A stretch of 64,000 nucleotides of DNA from Alphaproteobacteria bacterium (lineage in GTDB: Bacteria > Pseudomonadota > Alphaproteobacteria > Bin95), in contig OZ224045.1 in the NCBI GenBank assembly GCA_963665325.3, forward strand, positions 768,001 to 832,000, in the 5' to 3' direction. The translations under genes were made by a program, and so were the position numbers. The notes beneath the pieces were generated by a model. It did not search any database, was not told the origin of the DNA, and saw only the letters and a list, made by a program, of their open reading frames with translations. Below, piece after piece: positions 39,051 through 48,779 of this stretch. Each line of letters opens with the position of its first letter. Position 1 is the stretch's first letter.

Positions 39051-39839
39051 TTACTCCAGCCTTTGGAAGATCGTATTGCGATAGCTTGGCGACGCCTTCG
39101 GCTCAGCCGTGAAACCCAAATCGGACATAAGTCGGATGATCTCCGCCTGGCGCTCGTGGCTGCCTTCAAGCTCGACGATCATGGACCGGACGGATGGCGC
39201 GGAGAATGTCTTCGTCCCCCCCTCCAAAATGCCCAGCTCCAGTCCGTCCACATCGATTTTTACATGCGTCGGCAATGGCGGTGAAAATTGCTGCACGAAA
39301 TCATCCACCGAAAAACCGATTGCGCCTTGGCGGAATTTAGTGGCAATGGGGCGCTCAAGCTGGTCCTTCTCCGTGTTGAAGCCGTGCATTGCAGTTCCGA
39401 CGCCAGTATCCGCCTGGTTGAGCCTCCCGAGTTTTGTGTTTGAGTCGAAGGCAATCTGATACGCGACGATTCGACTGTCTATCCCGGCACGCTCTATGGT
39501 CTCGTTCAGCAACGCATAAGACGCGGCTTGAGGCTCGAACGCCAACACCTGTATATTGCGCTGAAGGGCGGCATACAAGCTATAAGCCCCGACATTCGCG
39601 CCAATATCCCATAGCATTGTCGTACGGTTGACGGAAATGTTGTCCAGCCATCCTCTCGTGTCCGCTTCGAAGTCGCCACGAAGCCGAAATGTAGGGGAGC
39701 CGGGCTTATAAAGTGCAAGTATGAGCTTGCGAAGCGGTACTAGCGTTTTCCTGAAAGTTCGTAACTTCTTCTCTGGACCAAGGGGAGCCGTTATGAACTT
39801 AATGAATAAAATGATGATGGTACTCAAAAAGCTGGTCAT
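39051..39839 (-). CDS. FkbM family methyltransferase
   Basis: WDIGANVGAYS, AFEP, HVKIDVDGLE. Confidence 0.88.
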   Translation of the reverse strand: MTSFLSTIIILFIKFITAPLGPEKKLRTFRKTLVPLRKLILALYKPGSPTFRLRGDFEADTRGWLDNISVNRTTMLWDIGANVGAYSLYAALQRNIQVLAFEPQAASYALLNETIERAGIDSRIVAYQIAFDSNTKLGRLNQADTGVGTAMHGFNTEKDQLERPIATKFRQGAIGFSVDDFVQQFSPPLPTHVKIDVDGLELGILEGGTKTFSAPSVRSMIVELEGSHERQAEIIRLMSDLGFTAEPKASPSYRNTIFQRLE

Positions 39840-40771
39840 TTTGATAATTTTTCCAGGATGAATGGCGCCGGCCAGCTCCACGCTTCGGCGCGGGCCTGCG
39901 CATCGAGGTGGTAGCTGGGGTCGAAAAACTTTGCGAGTTCTATGTTGGCGTCGGGCGGAATCAGCAAGTCATCCATGCCTCGCGGGCAGGATATTAACTC
40001 GCCGGTCCTTATACCCGCTTCGCAGACATATAGGTTTACCAGAACGAGTGGAAACGGCAAGGCGAGAAGCGACGCAATCCTCAAAATCTCCGTCAATCGT
40101 CGGGACACTTTATCGTCTTTCGGCCCGGTCGGGACTCCAAAGGTGATCGGTAGTTGGTTCCACTCAAGGTCGTAGAAGTTCTGCGTGAGCGTCCCGAACC
40201 GATCCGAGTCCACCCGGACCATCTTCGGGACGCCATGGAAACAGAACAACTTGCAATCCTTCGGCACGGGCACGCCGTCTTCGGAAAGGAATTCCTCGAC
40301 GATGATCTTCGGGCGGAGAAGGCGGTAATTGCCTTCGCTTGTGCCTCCATAGTGGTCCTTCTCAAGCCATTTGCGGAGGAAGTCGCGGCCGACGGCCTCG
40401 TCCGGGTCGGTGTGGAAGAGAATCGGGCCGCTCATATGCGTCGGTTTCATCACGCAGGATGCGCGGTCCAGGACAAACGCTCTTATCTCGTCGGGGCTCC
40501 TAAGCACCCGGTAGGTCTCCGGCGCATAACCCGGCCCGACCGTGTTGTCGATATAGAGCTTTGCCAACTCCTTGTCTGTGATGAACTGGTATAACGGGTC
40601 CAGCAGTGAGCGGTCCGTCTTGATCCGGTAAATCAGGTCGGTCAGCCGCCCCGCACCTTCGGGGTCTGGCTGCCGGCCTTGCCTGCGCACGAACCGCCGC
40701 CGGCAGAACTCCCGGTCCCCCCAAGCATTGCGCGGCAGCCAGCGCCGCGGGATCAGGCAAAGAGGGTTCAT
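39836..40771 (-). CDS. TupA-like ATP-grasp amidoligase, possibly degenerate
   Basis: ITDKELAK, KPTHMSG, IIVEEFL, DCKLFCFHG; usual RVD position reads LVN. Confidence 0.75.
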   Translation of the reverse strand: MNPLCLIPRRWLPRNAWGDREFCRRRFVRRQGRQPDPEGAGRLTDLIYRIKTDRSLLDPLYQFITDKELAKLYIDNTVGPGYAPETYRVLRSPDEIRAFVLDRASCVMKPTHMSGPILFHTDPDEAVGRDFLRKWLEKDHYGGTSEGNYRLLRPKIIVEEFLSEDGVPVPKDCKLFCFHGVPKMVRVDSDRFGTLTQNFYDLEWNQLPITFGVPTGPKDDKVSRRLTEILRIASLLALPFPLVLVNLYVCEAGIRTGELISCPRGMDDLLIPPDANIELAKFFDPSYHLDAQARAEAWSWPAPFILEKLSK

Positions 40772-40888
40772 TGTCCGGGGTGCCCGCTCATGTGCGGCCG
40801 ACAAGGCAACGGGCAAGCGTCGTAATTTGAGCCACGGGAATGCTCCAGCCGGTACCGACCGGCACAGTGTCCGGAAGATAGCTGCGGG

Positions 40889-41009
40889 CGGCGGTTCTCG
40901 CATCCGCCAAGGCCGCGCCAGACCCGCCAGCTCCGCCATCATCCAGCCCGTCTTGCGCTCGATCCCCGAAAGAAGCCCGTCCGGAAACACACCCCCGCCG
41001 CCCTGATTT
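40889..41009 (-). pseudogene. IS701-family transposase fragment
   Basis: Peptide DGLLSGIERKTGWMMAELAGLARPWRM matches the IS701 transposase N-terminal signature as I recall it. Confidence 0.65.
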
Positions 41010-41176
41010 GGCCTGCATGTTTGATTCGTTCTCAACGCGGGTTATTCGCCCGTATCGCCTATCTCGTTCCAAGCCGCAACAAAAGATTGCCGTATCTCTG
41101 AACCCGTGGTTCGCAGACGGCCGAGGCGGTAAGATCAGCCGCGAAACGGATCACGAACTCATGCGGCGCGGTTATC

Positions 41177-42403
41177 ATGGCCCACATCACGATGCTCATC
41201 CAGAAGCTCAAGGGCGGTGGGGCGGAACGGAGCATATTCAGAACCGCCGGCGGGCTGGTGGAACGGGGGCACGACGTGGATATCGTGCTCTTCTCGCCGA
41301 CTTTCGTTTACCCCGGGGAATTGCCCCGGACGGCGCGGTTGATCGTGCTGTGCGGCCGCTTCGGCTGGATACGGCGCACCCGAAGCGATGTCCCGCAAGA
41401 AACGCTCTGGCGGCCTTGGCTGGCCTCGCCTTTCCGCCTGGCGCGCTTCGCGGCCGGCCTGTTTCATGAATTCGGAGCCTCCGCCCGGGTCCTGATGCGT
41501 CCAGCTTCGCTGGGCCATGCGCTGCGCCTTGCCCGCTATTTCGAGCGCGAACGGCCGGACATCGTCTTCGCCAACCTGGCGTCGGCGGAATATGCGGCAT
41601 TCTTCGCCGCGCGCCTTGTGTCTTCTCCCCCGCCGATCATCCCGATCCTGCGCGGCGCCGATGATCCGGGCGCAAAATCGACCAGACGCCGCCGGTTGCT
41701 GTTCCCGATGGCCGCCCGTCTCGTGGCGGTGTCCCGCGGCGTGTCAGAGAACATCGCCGCCATTGTCGATGTGTCGACGGAAGTGGGAATCGTGACGATT
41801 TACAACCCGGCGTTTGCACCGGAGATTACGCGACACGCGGAGGCCGCGCCGGACCATCCGTGGTTTCGTGACGGCGAACCGCCCGTCGTGCTGGGCGTCG
41901 GGCGCCTCACGCCGCAAAAGGACTTCCCGACACTGATCGAGGCGTTCCGCCGCGTGGTCGTCAAACATCCCTGCCGGCTGCTTATCCTGGGCGAGGGTTT
42001 CGGTCGCGCGGAACTGGAAAGCCGGATCCGAGCGTTGGGTCTTGAGGACCGAGTGTCGCTGCCGGGATGGGCCGATAACCCTTGGGCTTTCATGGCCCGG
42101 GCCGCGCTATTCGTGGTGTCGTCACGGTACGAAGGCCTGAGCAATGTGCTGGTCGAAGCGTTGACCTGCGGCTGCCCCGCCGTCTCGACGGATTGTGCCG
42201 GTTCGTCGGAAATTCTGGAGGATCCCGATTTGCTCGCGCCGATGGGCGACCCGGAGAGGCTGGCGAAAGCGATGCTGCGGGCGCTCGCCCGCCCGGCTGA
42301 CAGGTCAACCTTGCGCGGCCGCGCCGCCCGGTTCTCCCTGGAAAGGACTGTGGACGGATACGACGAACTGATTGCCGCGGTTCTGGCCCAGGCGAAGTCG
42401 TAG
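41177..42403 (+). CDS. Glycosyltransferase family 4, paralogue of 37760-39043
   Basis: GGGAERS, ALRLARYFE, IYNPAFAP, SRYEGLSNVLVEALTCG. Confidence 0.88.
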   Translation: MAHITMLIQKLKGGGAERSIFRTAGGLVERGHDVDIVLFSPTFVYPGELPRTARLIVLCGRFGWIRRTRSDVPQETLWRPWLASPFRLARFAAGLFHEFGASARVLMRPASLGHALRLARYFERERPDIVFANLASAEYAAFFAARLVSSPPPIIPILRGADDPGAKSTRRRRLLFPMAARLVAVSRGVSENIAAIVDVSTEVGIVTIYNPAFAPEITRHAEAAPDHPWFRDGEPPVVLGVGRLTPQKDFPTLIEAFRRVVVKHPCRLLILGEGFGRAELESRIRALGLEDRVSLPGWADNPWAFMARAALFVVSSRYEGLSNVLVEALTCGCPAVSTDCAGSSEILEDPDLLAPMGDPERLAKAMLRALARPADRSTLRGRAARFSLERTVDGYDELIAAVLAQAKS

Positions 42404-42438
42404 ACGCCGGGCGCCGGTTCAGCGGCCTCTCCGCAATT

Positions 42439-43563
42439 TCAGAGCAGTTCCCGATAGACTGCAAGCGTCTTCGCACACATCAGGTCCTGCGTGAAATGAG
42501 CGAGGACATGCGTACGCGCCCTGGCTGCGAGAGTGGGGCCGGCTGCGAAGAGCGCCTTTCGGATGCCCTCGGCGAGCGCGGCCGGATCGCCCGGCGGGAC
42601 CAGCCATCCGGTTTCGGCATGACGGACAATTTCGCGCGCGGCGCCAAGATCGCTGGAGACGGCCGGCAGACCCATTGCGCCCGCCTCCGCCAGCACTCGC
42701 CCGAACGACTCCGGACGGATGGAAGCGGAGACCACAACATCGCTGGCTGCGTAGGCGGCCGCCATGTTGTCGGTATGATCCGCAAAGCGCGCCGGCAGTC
42801 CTTCGGCCAGCGACTCCAGTTCGCGCCGGTATGCCTCTCTGCTCCGGTCGGAACCGATGAACACCGCGACAAGGTTCATGTCCGCAAGCCCGCGCATCGC
42901 GTCGATCAACACCCCATGGCCCTTGAGGCGGGTCAGCCTGCCGGGCAGGAGCGCTACAAGCGCTCCTTCCGGGATTCCCCAGGCCGTGCGCAGCTTCACC
43001 TTTTCCTGGGCGCGTACGGCGGAAGGGTCGAATGCCGCCGCGTCTATGCCCTGATGCACCACCCGTACGCGATCGCGCGGGCAGCCGTAGAGCTCCTCCA
43101 CATGCTCCGCGATAAAGTCGGAGACGGCGATCACGCGGTCACCGGAAGCCATGACGCGGTTGTAGGCGCGTTTGGCGGCACTACCGGCGCCGTAGGCGCC
43201 GTGGACAGTCGTGACGAATGGCACCCTTGCGCGCCGCGCCGCCGCGCGGGCGCTCCACGCCGGCGCGCGCGAGTGGGCATGAACGAGGTCTACGCCTTCT
43301 CGAGCGATAAGGGTTCCAAGCCGGCCCGAATTTCGCCACAGCCCGATGGGATTCTTGGTGTCGACAGGCAGGCGGACATGGTCAGAACCGAGGCCCGCAG
43401 CCATCCGCCCGCCCGACGAAGCCACGAGCACCCGCACACCAGCGCCGCGCAAGGCAGCGGCAACGTCCAGCGTGCCAAGTTCGGCACCGCCCGCTTCGAG
43501 CGCCGGAAGCACCTGAAGCACGGTTTTGCCGTGCAATTCCGTTCCGGCCCGGGACGATTCCAT
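42439..43563 (-). CDS. Glycosyltransferase family 4
   Basis: VLQVLPALEAGGAE, HAHSRAPAW, PGRLTRLKG, PESFGRVLAEA; start could be GTG 43575. Confidence 0.9.
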   Translation of the reverse strand: MESSRAGTELHGKTVLQVLPALEAGGAELGTLDVAAALRGAGVRVLVASSGGRMAAGLGSDHVRLPVDTKNPIGLWRNSGRLGTLIAREGVDLVHAHSRAPAWSARAAARRARVPFVTTVHGAYGAGSAAKRAYNRVMASGDRVIAVSDFIAEHVEELYGCPRDRVRVVHQGIDAAAFDPSAVRAQEKVKLRTAWGIPEGALVALLPGRLTRLKGHGVLIDAMRGLADMNLVAVFIGSDRSREAYRRELESLAEGLPARFADHTDNMAAAYAASDVVVSASIRPESFGRVLAEAGAMGLPAVSSDLGAAREIVRHAETGWLVPPGDPAALAEGIRKALFAAGPTLAARARTHVLAHFTQDLMCAKTLAVYRELL

Positions 43564-43674
43564 AGCAACTGTCACAATCGGAAATTTGGGCGGCCATGTA
43601 AAGGGCGGGCATTTCCAGCGATCCTCGACTGTCCTCTGGAGCGACGGACCACGCGTGCCATCGCTGAAAGCCGC

Positions 43675-44298
43675 TCAGGAAATGCCCTGCGACGCTTCCA
43701 CCACGCACGAAACCCGTCGGTCGAACTTGCGCAGTTGGCGGGCGATCAGCCGGTCCTTGACCAAAGGATGGAGCGACGCCAGCCACCGGTACCTGCGGTT
43801 TTCCCATCCCTCAATGATCATCAACTTCCAGTCGCCACCGTCCAAACGCACGGCCACGACGTTATAGGGAGCCGTGTCCATGGTTAACAGGCGTTCCTTC
43901 CGCAGCCACCGCTTCAACCCGTCGATCGCCCGGACCAGAGAAGGCGTCAGGCCGTGTTCCCGAATAACCTGGGAGAGATTGCGGGAAATGCGGCCGTCAT
44001 GGTCCCGGCACAGCCGCATGACGATGCCCCGGCCCAGATCGGTATCGACGACGCCCTCGATCGCCGGGATGCGGTCGAACACCGAGTCCGCCCCGCGCGC
44101 CCTCAGTCGCCGGTTGTCTTCAAGATCCCATCTTTGCTGGCGAAGACAGTCCGCATCGTCACGGACCGCCACCTTGACGCACAGATCCGGATCATCCGGG
44201 TGGACGTAGCAATGCCGCTTGGTGCCCCTCGCGAACGGTTCGCGCCCGGAGAGGGCAAGGGGGCGTTCGGGGGATGTCGGCGGTCCGGATATCTTCAA
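43675..44298 (-). CDS. YrbL-family kinase-like protein, copy 1
   Basis: FARGTKRHCYVHPDDPDLCVKV, VDTDLGRG, DTAPYNVV, IIEG. Confidence 0.8.
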   Translation of the reverse strand: MKISGPPTSPERPLALSGREPFARGTKRHCYVHPDDPDLCVKVAVRDDADCLRQQRWDLEDNRRLRARGADSVFDRIPAIEGVVDTDLGRGIVMRLCRDHDGRISRNLSQVIREHGLTPSLVRAIDGLKRWLRKERLLTMDTAPYNVVAVRLDGGDWKLMIIEGWENRRYRWLASLHPLVKDRLIARQLRKFDRRVSCVVEASQGIS

Positions 44299-44577
44299 TG
44301 CCTGATCTTCACTTAATGGACGTGCCTTCGGTCAATGCGCCGAAGCGGTCTATACGAAATTGTGGATATCTTGTAATCGATGCAGCCGGAGTGACCGAAG
44401 GTAATCGCTTTCAGCTTAGCGATCTGCTGCGCGGATCCTGTAAAGGAGGAAGTTATCGTTCCACGCGGCGCGTTCAGGTTTGCTGCGCATGGTCATTGCC
44501 CAACTCCCGCCCGGCGATGCTGAGGACGAGCCTGCGCATAGGGGCGAGGCGTGCTTTTCGTCCTTGATGTCGCTCCT

Positions 44578-45294
44578 TCAGGGTCGATAGGGCACTTCCA
44601 CTCTGCGAACCTGCCCTGTCATGCGCCGCAAGCAGATCCTGGCCTTCAAAACGGCTCGCACCGCGGGGCCGGTCGTGCGTGGGAAGAACTCTCCTTCATT
44701 GTCCGAGCCGAAATGATCGGCGTGGCGCGCTATTCCCGGGACGACATGGGACGGCTTCAGGCGGCGCGCGATGGGAGAACCGGGCATATGGAACAGCATT
44801 GAGTCTGCCGTCATGCCCACCGAGGACGCCATGTTGAGGATGATTTCAGCGCCTGCGCGGTTGAGCATATAGGCGTAAGCGCCTGCCGAGGCCCACGAGA
44901 TCGGGCGAATTGCGCTGCCGTACGGCGTCTCGCCGATTGGCCGACCGAGCAGCAGAGCCTTGCGGCGGCCGTTCAACTTTATCGCATTCGTTCCGGCAGG
45001 CCACCACTCGACCGATGCCAGCAGCCTGCGAACGTCGGGCGCAAGCTCGGCATCGTCTTCGAGGATGAGAGACGCCGGCGCATCGGTTCGCAGGAACTCG
45101 CTGATGGCAACAAGATGGCTTTCCCTGCAACCGGACTGCGGCAGGGACAAGCCGTCATGGATCGATCCTACGATGCTTCCGGCGTCGATACCCGGAATTC
45201 GCATTGCTTCGATGCGGAGACGGTCCAATTGGCCCATTATCGCCGTCCAGCGGTCGGGGCGCCGGTCGAGATTGATGACGAACACGGGCAGCAT
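44578..45294 (-). CDS. Glycosyltransferase family 25 (LPS biosynthesis)
   Basis: FVINLDRRPDRW, GCRESH, LILEDD, AYAYML. Confidence 0.88.
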   Translation of the reverse strand: MLPVFVINLDRRPDRWTAIMGQLDRLRIEAMRIPGIDAGSIVGSIHDGLSLPQSGCRESHLVAISEFLRTDAPASLILEDDAELAPDVRRLLASVEWWPAGTNAIKLNGRRKALLLGRPIGETPYGSAIRPISWASAGAYAYMLNRAGAEIILNMASSVGMTADSMLFHMPGSPIARRLKPSHVVPGIARHADHFGSDNEGEFFPRTTGPAVRAVLKARICLRRMTGQVRRVEVPYRP

Positions 45295-45400
45295 GGCGGA
45301 CCCCGCAAGGCCCGTCGCTGGTGCCGGGCCATTGCGACTGCCAGCGCGTAAGCATGGCTATCTGTTCGCCGGGCTCGGGTCGTGCTTCCTCGCCAGGTTC

Positions 45401-45489
45401 GGCTGTTCCATTCAGCGGGCACCACGACAGAGCGGGACGCGCCAGTAGTCGCACGAGCGAGAATCCGGCCATATGGGCGCGAGAGTCAA
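45401..45489. repeat. Conserved upstream element of GT25 genes, copy 2
   Basis: Aligns with 36464-36552; includes a minus-strand TTGACT. Confidence 0.7.
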
Positions 45490-45532
45490 GCCGTAGTATG
45501 GCGCGGTGCGCTCCGTGAAAGGGTCGCACCAC

Positions 45533-45676
45533 ATGGCGAAGGACACTGACGACAAGCCGGTGGCGCGGCTGAAGCCGTCCAATTGCCAGCCGAGCGAGGC
45601 GGAACTCGAAGAGGATGTGCGGATCGACGCGACGCCCGGATCACTGCTCCGGACGTCATGGCGGTCGTTCGGGTAG
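45533..45676 (+). CDS. Small 47-aa ORF, possibly degenerate at the 3' end
   Basis: MAKDTDDKPVARLKPSNCQPSEAELEEDVRIDATPG...; GAAAGGG upstream; not in the ORF track. Confidence 0.4.
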   Translation: MAKDTDDKPVARLKPSNCQPSEAELEEDVRIDATPGSLLRTSWRSFG

Positions 45677-45721
45677 AGACCCTCAAGCCCCGCTAAACGG
45701 GCTGTTCGTCACTCGCCCATA

Positions 45722-46354
45722 TTATTCCCGTTCGAAGCGACTTTGCCGCTTTCGGTCCGGGATTCGATTCCCGGTCAATTTCGAAACGCGCCGGTCGAAC
45801 TTGTGCAGCTGACGGGCGACCAGGCGATCCCTTGTGAAAGGGAAGAGCCACGCCAGCCACCGGTACGTCCGGTTCTCCCAGCCTTCGATGATCATCAACT
45901 GCCAGTCGCCGTCGCCCGAACGCACGGCCACGACATTATAGGGGGCCGTGTCCCTGGTCAGCAGGCGCTCTTCCCGCAGCCACCGCTTCAGCGCCTCGAC
46001 CGCCCGGATCAGGGACGGCGTCAGGCCGTGTTCCAGGATGACCTGGGCAAGATTGCGCGATATGCGGCGGTCGTGGTCGCGGCAGAGCCGCATGACTATG
46101 CCCTTGCCCAGATCGGTATCGACGACCCCCTCGATCGCCGGGATGCGGTCGAACACCGAGTCCGCCGCGTGCGCTCTCAGCCGCCTGTAGCCGTCGAGAT
46201 CTCGTCTCTGTTCGCGAAGGGCGCGCTGATCTTCGGGATTGGCCACCACCTTGACGCAAAGATCGGGATCGTCGGGATGGACGTAACAATGCCGCCTTTT
46301 GCCTTTGGCAAACGGTTCGCATCCGGCCAGCGCGAGCGAGCGCATCTCAAGCAT
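45722..46354 (-). CDS. YrbL-family kinase-like protein, copy 2
   Basis: Close paralogue of 43675-44298 with long identical DNA stretches; start uncertain (up to 46378). Confidence 0.8.
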   Translation of the reverse strand: MLEMRSLALAGCEPFAKGKRRHCYVHPDDPDLCVKVVANPEDQRALREQRRDLDGYRRLRAHAADSVFDRIPAIEGVVDTDLGKGIVMRLCRDHDRRISRNLAQVILEHGLTPSLIRAVEALKRWLREERLLTRDTAPYNVVAVRSGDGDWQLMIIEGWENRTYRWLAWLFPFTRDRLVARQLHKFDRRVSKLTGNRIPDRKRQSRFERE

Positions 46355-46386
46355 CGGCGGATTCGAACCCCATGGCACGGGGCTGC

Positions 46387-47438
46387 CTATCGGTGCGCGC
46401 GCAGCATGCGGCGCGCAATGACCGTGCGGTGGACCTCGCTCGGCCTTCAGAGACGCGCATGAGCCGCACTTTCCGCGCCATCAGCTGCAGCGGCAATTCC
46501 CTGGTGACACCCATTGCGCCGAACGCCTGCTGGGCATTGTCCACGATCTCCGTCGCCATCTCGGTGGCATACACCATTATATCGAGGCTTCGGTGCGCAC
46601 GTCCTCGTCCCGATCCTGTTTTACGGCCGCGTCCATCACCATCAGCGAGCAAACATGGACCTTGGTCGCCCCGTCGGCAATCCACCACTGGATCGCCTGC
46701 CGGTCGGCGAGGCGCTCGCCGAAGGTCACGCGCTGGCTCGCATGTTCGCAGAGCATCTTGAGCGCGCAGCGCGCCATGCCCACGCATCAGGCGCCCATCT
46801 GCAGCCGGCGCACGGTCAGCCGAAGCTGCATCGGGCCGAAGCCGTTGCCCACCTGGCCCAGAACCTGGCGCTCATGCTCGCGGCAGTTCTCGAACACGAC
46901 CTCATAGGTGCGCGCGCCGCCCAGCATGGGAATTTCGCGCTCCACGATGAAGCCGGGCGTGTTCTTTTCGACGATGAAGGCGGTGATGCCGCCGCGCGCG
47001 CTTCTCCGGGTCGGTCAGCGCCATGACGATGGTGAAATCGGCGTAAGGCACGCGGCTGATCCAGATCTTGCGCCCGTCGATGACCCAGTGGTCGCCGTCC
47101 TTGACCGCGCGGGTGGTCATGCCGGCCGGGTCGCCGCCGGCGTCCGGCTCGGAGATGGCAATGGCGGAATGCGTCTCGCCGCTTGCATAGGGTTCCATGT
47201 AGAGCCGCTTCTGGCGCTCGTCGGCGACCGCGAGCAGCATGTGGAAGTTGGGCGAGTCGGGCGGAAAGACGAAGGGCGTGATCGTGCGGCCGAGCTGCTC
47301 GTTGACACCGACCAGCGCCACGGCCGGCAGGTTCATGCCGCCGACCTCCTCCGGCGCGTCGAGCGCCCAGAGGCCGAGTTCCCGGCACTTGTCGGAGCTG
47401 GTCCAGTCACAGACAGACCGCTCGTCCCAGTTCAACAC
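46387..47438 (-). pseudogene. Acyl-CoA dehydrogenase, 5'-truncated and multiply frameshifted
   Basis: AISEPDAGGDP..DGRKIWIS; RVTFGERLADRQAIQW; AQQAFGAMGV..EG and SEVHR fall in different frames. Confidence 0.85.
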
Positions 47439-47560
47439 CCTCGCCCGGATCGCTCATCTCTTCCAGAGCTATCACATATCGACATCAGAGCGATGGATCG
47501 CGACTGCGGCTGCCATCAGGTGCGTGGAAAAATGAGAGTTTGGGACGACAGCTTCTCCAG

Positions 47561-48067
47561 CTAGAACAGTTCGGGCTGACGCGGCGGCCCGCCGCGCCCG
47601 TCTTTCGTCCCATCCCCTTTTTGCGTCTGCCGCCCCGGCGTCCGGGGTTCCTTCGGCTCGTCCGGCATGAAGGCGGCGGCGATCACCTCCGCGCGCGCCT
47701 CCCCGAACACGGTGCAGAGCCCGTCGAGGGCCTCCGCACGGCGGCCCTCCCGAACCATCGCCTGCAGCCGCTCCCGAAGCAGGTCCCGCGCGAGCGCGCC
47801 GAAACGGGCAGACGCTTCGTCTCGCGCGCCTTCGGCCAAGTCTCGCGCAACGCGGGAAATCCGGCGCTGTTGCTGTTCATCCAGGACCAGCGGCGGGGCT
47901 GCAATCCTTTCCGGCGCCGACAGGTCGACGGTCAGGACGCATTTGGCCCACCACCGCGATACCGTCTCGCCGGCCGCCTTCGCCCATCCGTTGATCGCTG
48001 CCCACTGCGCGTCCGTGTAGGAAACCGAGTGCCCCGTGCCCGGCTTCCGTTTTCTCGGTTTCTTCAT
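47561..48067 (-). CDS. Ribbon-helix-helix (MobC/CopG-like) domain protein 3
   Basis: HSVSYTDAQWAAINGWAKAAGETVSRW strand-helix-helix pattern; ATGA overlap with the upstream ORF. Confidence 0.65.
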   Translation of the reverse strand: MKKPRKRKPGTGHSVSYTDAQWAAINGWAKAAGETVSRWWAKCVLTVDLSAPERIAAPPLVLDEQQQRRISRVARDLAEGARDEASARFGALARDLLRERLQAMVREGRRAEALDGLCTVFGEARAEVIAAAFMPDEPKEPRTPGRQTQKGDGTKDGRGGPPRQPELF

Positions 48068-48396
48068 GAGCCCTTGCCGCCGTCCCACAGATGGACACAA
48101 CGGAGGACTTCGTGCTGCAGACCGGTCGCCTCCCGGCCGCCCGCAGCCGAAACCGTGAAATGCCCGAACAGGGCCAGGCGTTGCAGGTCCGCGTCGAGGC
48201 GTTGCTGTTCGTCGGTCGAGAGCGCAAGGGCATGCCCGGCCGGCTGCGGAACAGGAGCCGCCGCCTCCTGGGCCGCCCGCTCGCAGCAGAGCCACCCGAA
48301 CCGGGAGATCTTCATCTTGTGCTTCCTCGCCCGCTTGCCACCCGCCTCCCAGATCTCGGGCGGGAGGTAGAGGCTGCGAGGCCTAGCCCGGTCCAA
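48064..48396 (-). CDS. Ribbon-helix-helix-like protein 2
   Basis: RSLYLPPEIWEAGGKRARKHKMKISRF; TTG start with GGGAG RBS. Confidence 0.6.
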   Translation of the reverse strand: MDRARPRSLYLPPEIWEAGGKRARKHKMKISRFGWLCCERAAQEAAAPVPQPAGHALALSTDEQQRLDADLQRLALFGHFTVSAAGGREATGLQHEVLRCVHLWDGGKGS

Positions 48397-48409
48397 CCTG
48401 CCGCTCCCT

Positions 48410-48736
48410 TCAGTCGAACGATGTCTGGCCGTCGAGCCACAGGTCCGCATCGGCGCCCAGCTTCCGCCATGTCCGCCCGCCATCGAGATCATCGAGGCGC
48501 AGCTTCTCCGCCTGCTCGAGAATGCGCAGCATGCGCATCATGCTGCGCAGCACCTGCGGCGGTATTCCCGTTGCCGTCGCATCGGTCGCCGTCTGCCAGA
48601 AACGGTGGGTGTGGACGAGATAATCCCCATGCCGCAGTCCTTCGGCTCCGGCGGCTTCGTGAATGCGCGCCCAGTCAGCATCGGTCACCAGCACGCTGCG
48701 CCGTTTCTTCGGTTGCTCCCCGGTCCCTGTCGCCAC
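48410..48736 (-). CDS. Ribbon-helix-helix-like protein 1
   Basis: KRRSVLVTDADWARIHEAAGAEGLRHGDYL; probable GTG start with GGGAG RBS. Confidence 0.65.
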   Translation of the reverse strand: MATGTGEQPKKRRSVLVTDADWARIHEAAGAEGLRHGDYLVHTHRFWQTATDATATGIPPQVLRSMMRMLRILEQAEKLRLDDLDGGRTWRKLGADADLWLDGQTSFD

Positions 48737-48779
48737 CGCCCTGCTCCCTGTCCGTCTCATCCCTTTGCCCATGCCACAT

